A stretch of DNA of 64,000 bases from the human T2T-CHM13v2.0 reference genome, Homo sapiens. Both the position numbers and the translations under genes were made by a program. Below the pieces are notes generated by a model. That model was not told the origin of the DNA. It saw nothing but the letters and a program-made list of their open reading frames with translations, and did no database searches. Below are positions 57,874 through 64,000 of this stretch, piece after piece (position 1 is the first letter of the stretch; every line of letters starts with the position of its first letter). The stretch lies in assembly GCF_009914755.1 (NCBI RefSeq), contig NC_060931.1; one strand, 5' to 3'.

Positions 57874-60800
57874 GCTCAACAGTAAACACCAGTATTGGAG
57901 GTAATACAACTTCTGCATCCACACCCAGTTCAAGCGACCCTTTTACCACCTTTAGTGACTATGGGGTGTCAGTCACATTTATCACGGGCTCAACTGCAAC
58001 AAAACACTTCCTTGACAGCTCCACAAACTCAGGCCACAGTGAGGAATCAACAGTATCCCACAGCGGCCCAGGTGCAACTGGAACAACACTCTTCCCTTCC
58101 CACTCTGCAACCTCAGTTTTTGTTGGAGAACCTAAAACCTCACCCATCACTTCAGCCTCAATGGAAACAACAGCGTTACCTGGCAGTACCACAACAGCAG
58201 GCCTGAGTGAGAAATCTACCACCTTCTACAGTAGCCCCAGATCACCAGACAGAACACTCTCACCTGCCCGCACGACAAGCTCAGGCGTCAGTGAAAAATC
58301 AACCACCTCCCACAGCCGACCAGGCCCAACGCACACAATAGCGTTCCCTGACAGTACCACCATGCCAGGCGTCAGTCAGGAATCTACAGCTTCCCACAGC
58401 ATCCCCGGCTCCACAGACACAACACTGTCCCCTGGCACTACCACACCATCATCCCTTGGTCCAGAATCTACTACCTTCCACAGCAGCCCAGGCTACACTA
58501 AAACAACACGCTTACCTGACAACACCACAACCTCAGGCCTCCTTGAAGCATCTACGCCCGTCCACAGCAGCACTGGATCGCCACACACAACACTGTCCCC
58601 TTCCAGCTCTACAACCCATGAGGGAGAACCTACCACCTTCCAGAGCTGGCCAAGCTCAAAGGACACTTCGCCTGCACCTTCTGGTACCACATCAGCCTTT
58701 GTTAAACTATCTACAACTTATCACAGCAGCCCGAGCTCAACTCCAACAACCCACTTTTCTGCCAGCTCCACAACCTTGGGCCATAGTGAGGAATCGACAC
58801 CAGTCCACAGCAGCCCAGTTGCAACTGCAACAACACCCCCACCTGCCCGCTCCGCGACCTCAGGCCATGTTGAAGAATCTACAGCCTACCACAGGAGCCC
58901 GGGCTCAACTCAAACAATGCACTTCCCTGAAAGCTCCACAACTTCAGGCCATAGTGAAGAATCAGCAACTTTCCACGGCAGCACAACACACACAAAATCT
59001 TCAACTCCTAGCACCACAGCTGCCCTAGCACATACAAGCTACCACAGCAGCCTGGGCTCAACTGAAACAACACACTTCCGTGATAGCTCCACAATCTCAG
59101 GCCGTAGTGAGGAATCAAAAGCATCCCACAGCAGCCCAGATGCAATGGCAACAACAGTCTTACCTGCCGGCTCTACACCCTCAGTTCTTGTTGGAGACTC
59201 GACGCCCTCACCCATCAGTTCAGGCTCAATGGAAACCACAGCGTTACCCGGCAGTACCACAAAACCAGGCCTCAGTGAGAAATCTACCACTTTCTACAGT
59301 AGCCCCAGATCACCAGACACAACACACTTACCTGCCAGCATGACAAGCTCAGGCGTCAGTGAAGAATCCACCACCTCCCACAGCCGACCAGGCTCAACAC
59401 ACACAACAGCATTCCCTGGCAGTACCACCATGCCAGGCCTCAGTCAGGAATCTACAGCTTCCCACAGCAGCCCAGGCCCCACAGACACAACATTGTCCCC
59501 TGGCAGTACCACAGCATCATCCCTTGGTCCAGAATATACTACCTTCCACAGCCGCCCAGGCTCCACTGAAACAACACTCTTACCTGACAACACCACAGCC
59601 TCAGGACTCCTTGAAGCATCTATGCCCGTCCACAGCAGCACCAGATCGCCACACACAACACTGTCCCCTGCCGGCTCTACAACCCGTCAGGGAGAATCTA
59701 CCACATTCCATAGCTGGCCAAGCTCAAAGGACACTAGGCCTGCACCTCCTACTACCACATCAGCCTTTGTTGAGCCATCTACAACCTCCCACGGCAGCCC
59801 GAGCTCAATTCCAACAACCCACATTTCTGCCCGCTCCACAACCTCAGGCCTCGTTGAAGAATCTACGACCTACCACAGCAGCCCGGGCTCAACTCAAACA
59901 ATGCACTTCCCTGAAAGCGACACAACTTCAGGCCGTGGTGAAGAATCAACAACTTCCCACAGCAGCACAACACACACAATATCTTCAGCTCCTAGCACCA
60001 CATCTGCCCTTGTTGAAGAACCTACCAGCTACCACAGCAGCCCGGGCTCAACTGCAACAACACACTTCCCTGACAGCTCCACAACCTCAGGCCGTAGTGA
60101 GGAATCAACAGCATCGCACAGCAGCCAAGACGCAACGGGAACAATAGTCCTACCTGCCCGCTCCACAACCTCAGTTCTTCTTGGAGAATCTACGACCTCA
60201 CCCATCAGTTCAGGCTCAATGGAAACGACAGCGTTACCCGGCAGTACCACAACGCCAGGCCTCAGTGAGAGATCTACCACTTTCCATAGTAGCCCCAGAT
60301 CACCAGCCACAACACTCTCACCTGCCAGCACGACAAGCTCAGGCGTCAGTGAAGAATCCACCACCTCCCGCAGCCGACCAGGCTCAACGCACACAACAGC
60401 ATTCCCTGACAGCACCACCACGCCAGGCCTCAGTCGGCATTCTACAACTTCCCACAGCAGCCCAGGCTCAACGGATACAACACTGTTACCTGCCAGCACC
60501 ACCACCTCAGGCTCCAGTCAGGAATCAACAACTTCCCACAGCAGCTCAGGTTCAACTGACACAGCACTGTCCCCTGGCAGTACCACAGCCTTATCCTTTG
60601 GTCAAGAATCTACAACCTTCCACAGCAGCCCAGGCTCCACTCACACAACACTCTTCCCTGACAGCACCACAAGCTCAGGCATCGTTGAAGCATCTACACG
60701 CGTCCACAGCAGCACTGGCTCACCACGCACAACACTGTCCCCTGCCAGCTCCACAAGCCCTGGACTTCAGGGAGAATCTACCGCCTTCCAGACCCACCCA

Positions 60801-63800
60801 GCCTCAACTCACACGACGCCTTCACCTCCTAGCACCGCAACAGCCCCTGTTGAAGAATCTACAACCTACCACCGCAGCCCAGGCTCGACTCCAACAACAC
60901 ACTTCCCTGCCAGCTCCACAACTTCGGGCCACAGTGAGAAATCAACAATATTCCACAGCAGCCCAGATGCAAGTGGAACAACACCCTCATCTGCCCACTC
61001 CACAACCTCAGGTCGTGGAGAATCTACAACCTCACGCATCAGTCCAGGCTCAACTGAAATAACAACGTTACCTGGCAGTACCACAACACCAGGCCTCAGT
61101 GAGGCATCTACCACCTTCTACAGCAGCCCCAGATCACCAACCACAACACTCTCACCTGCCAGTATGACAAGCCTAGGCGTCGGTGAAGAATCCACCACCT
61201 CCCGTAGCCAACCAGGTTCTACTCACTCAACAGTGTCACCTGCCAGCACCACCACGCCAGGCCTCAGTGAGGAATCTACCACCGTCTACAGCAGCAGCCC
61301 AGGCTCAACTGAAACCACAGTGTTCCCTCGCAGCACCACAACCTCAGTTCGTGGTGAAGAGCCTACAACCTTCCACAGCCGGCCAGCCTCAACTCACACA
61401 ACACTGTTCACTGAGGACAGCACCACCTCGGGCCTCACTGAAGAATCTACAGCCTTCCCCGGCAGCCCAGCCTCCACCCAAACAGGGTTACCTGCCACAC
61501 TCACAACCGCAGACCTCGGTGAGGAATCAACTACCTTTCCCAGCAGCTCAGGCTCAACTGGAACAACACTCTCACCTGCCCGCTCCACCACCTCTGGCCT
61601 CGTTGGAGAATCCACACCCTCACGCCTCAGTCCAAGCTCAACCGAAACAACAACTTTACCCGGCAGTCCCACAACACCAAGCCTCAGTGAGAAATCAACC
61701 ACCTTCTACACTAGCCCCAGATCACCAGATGCAACACTCTCACCTGCAACCACAACAAGCTCAGGCGTCAGTGAAGAATCCAGCACATCCCACAGTCAAC
61801 CAGGCTCAACGCACACAACAGCGTTCCCTGACAGCACCACCACCTCAGGCCTCAGTCAGGAACCTACAGCTTCCCACAGCAGCCAAGGCTCAACAGAGGC
61901 AACACTGTCCCCTGGCAGTACCACAGCCTCATCCCTTGGTCAACAATCTACAACCTTCCACAGCAGCCCAGGCGACACTGAAACCACACTCTTACCTGAC
62001 GACACCATAACCTCAGGCCTCGTGGAGGCATCTACACCCACCCACAGCAGCACTGGCTCGCTACACACAACACTGACCCCTGCCAGCTCCACAAGCGCTG
62101 GCCTTCAGGAAGAATCTACCACTTTCCAGAGCTGGCCAAGCTCAAGTGACACAACACCTTCACCTCCCGGCACCACAGCAGCCCCTGTTGAAGTATCCAC
62201 AACCTACCACAGCCGCCCGAGCTCAACTCCAACAACACACTTTTCTGCCAGTTCCACAACCTTGGGCCGTAGTGAGGAATCAACAACAGTCCACAGCAGC
62301 CCAGGTGCAACTGGAACAGCACTCTTCCCTACCCGCTCTGCAACCTCAGTTCTTGTTGGAGAACCTACAACGTCACCCATCAGTTCAGGCTCAACGGAAA
62401 CAACAGCGTTACCTGGCAGTACCACAACAGCAGGCCTGAGTGAGAAATCTACCACCTTCTACAGTAGCCCCAGATCACCGGACACAACACTCTCACCTGC
62501 CAGCACGACAAGCTCAGGCGTCAGTGAAGAATCCACCACCTCCCACAGCCGACCAGGCTCAACGCACACAACAGCATTCCCTGGCAGTACCACCATGCCA
62601 GGCGTCAGTCAGGAATCTACAGCTTCCCACAGCAGCCCAGGCTCCACAGACACAACACTGTCCCCTGGCAGTACCACAGCATCATCCCTTGGTCCAGAAT
62701 CTACTACCTTCCACAGCGGCCCAGGCTCCACTGAAACAACACTCTTACCTGACAACACCACAGCCTCAGGCCTCCTTGAAGCATCTACGCCCGTCCACAG
62801 CAGCACTGGATCGCCACACACAACACTGTCCCCTGCCGGCTCTACAACCCGTCAGGGAGAATCTACCACCTTCCAGAGCTGGCCTAACTCGAAGGACACT
62901 ACCCCTGCACCTCCTACTACCACATCAGCCTTTGTTGAGCTATCTACAACCTCCCACGGCAGCCCGAGCTCAACTCCAACAACCCACTTTTCTGCCAGCT
63001 CCACAACCTTGGGCCGTAGTGAGGAATCGACAACAGTCCACAGCAGCCCAGTTGCAACTGCAACAACACCCTCGCCTGCCCGCTCCACAACCTCAGGCCT
63101 CGTTGAAGAATCTACGACCTACCACAGCAGCCCGGGCTCAACTCAAACAATGCACTTCCCTGAAAGCGACACAACTTCAGGCCGTGGTGAAGAATCAACA
63201 ACTTCCCACAGCAGCACAACACACACAATATCTTCAGCTCCTAGCACCACATCTGCCCTTGTTGAAGAACCTACCAGCTACCACAGCAGCCCGGGCTCAA
63301 CTGCAACAACACACTTCCCTGACAGCTCCACAACCTCAGGCCGTAGTGAGGAATCAACAGCATCCCACAGCAGCCAAGACGCAACGGGAACAATAGTCCT
63401 ACCTGCCCGCTCCACAACCTCAGTTCTTCTTGGAGAATCTACGACCTCACCCATCAGTTCAGGCTCAATGGAAACGACAGCGTTACCCGGCAGTACCACA
63501 ACGCCAGGCCTCAGTGAGAAATCTACCACTTTCCACAGTAGCCCCAGATCACCAGCCACAACACTCTCACCTGCCAGCACGACAAGCTCAGGCGTCAGTG
63601 AAGAATCCACCACCTCCCACAGCCGACCAGGCTCAACGCACACAACAGCATTCCCTGACAGCACCACCACGCCAGGCCTCAGTCGGCATTCTACAACTTC
63701 CCACAGCAGCCCAGGCTCAACGGATACAACACTGTTACCTGCCAGCACCACCACCTCAGGCTCCAGTCAGGAATCAACAACTTCCCACAGCAGCTCAGGT

Positions 63801-64000
63801 TCAACTGACACAGCACTGTCCCCTGGCAGTACCACAGCCTTATCCTTTGGTCAAGAATCTACAACCTTCCACAGCAGCCCAGGCTCCACTCACACAACAC
63901 TCTTCCCTGACAGCACCACAAGCTCAGGCATCGTTGAAGCATCTACACGCGTCCACAGCAGCACTGGCTCACCACGCACAACACTGTCCCCTGCCAGCTC
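57874..64000 (+). CDS. MUC12: MUC12 large PTS exon, 3'-partial (GSTVNTSIGGNTTSASTPSSSDPFTTFSDYG...)
   Basis: Acceptor tttctctcaaatcacag| is in phase 1 with exon 1. Codons start at 57876 and the frame appears open to the window end, which explains its absence from the ORF track. The 28-aa SGLSEESTTSHSSPGSTHTTLSPASTTT-type repeats are typical of MUC12. Confidence 0.93.
57990..64000 (+). repeat. MUC12 coding VNTR, degenerate 84-bp unit with higher-order structure
   Basis: Recurrent gaatctac...ccacagcagcccaggctca motifs at about 84-bp spacing. Confidence 0.93.

Noticed and set aside
57895-63754. Q/P-rich plus-strand ORFs and V-rich minus-strand ORFs over MUC12
   Set aside because: They are alternative-frame shadows. 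The real frame starts at 57876 and has no stop in the window.

Overview
Human (primate) genomic DNA from the 7q22 membrane-mucin cluster, with both genes on the + strand. Bases 1-35.6 kb hold the 3' two-thirds of a MUC3-family gene. It is most likely MUC3B, because it lies directly upstream of MUC12 and has the residues I recall as MUC3B-type. One giant exon (at least 27,971 bp in the window) carries about 500+ uninterrupted 51-bp/17-aa HSTPSFTSSITTTETTS repeats plus a unique PTS stretch. Ten small exons follow, encoding EGF-SEA(G/SIVV)-EGF-TM-cytoplasmic tail with a class I PDZ ligand (stop at 34277). MUC12 starts about 1.3 kb after the putative poly(A) site: signal-peptide exon 36866-36932, a 21-kb intron dense in Alu/LTR/L1/MER1, and a large PTS exon of 84-bp/28-aa repeats from 57874 to the window end. 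I found no wholly new biological system. The main observations are the layered duplication architecture of both VNTRs, CpG decay as the source of repeat diversity, an in-frame cryptic exon chain and a THE1 LTR promoter/donor in MUC12 intron 1, a GC-box minisatellite in a 3' CpG island, and an unexplained old direct repeat. All coordinates were read by eye, and repeat subfamily calls come from remembered consensus sequences.
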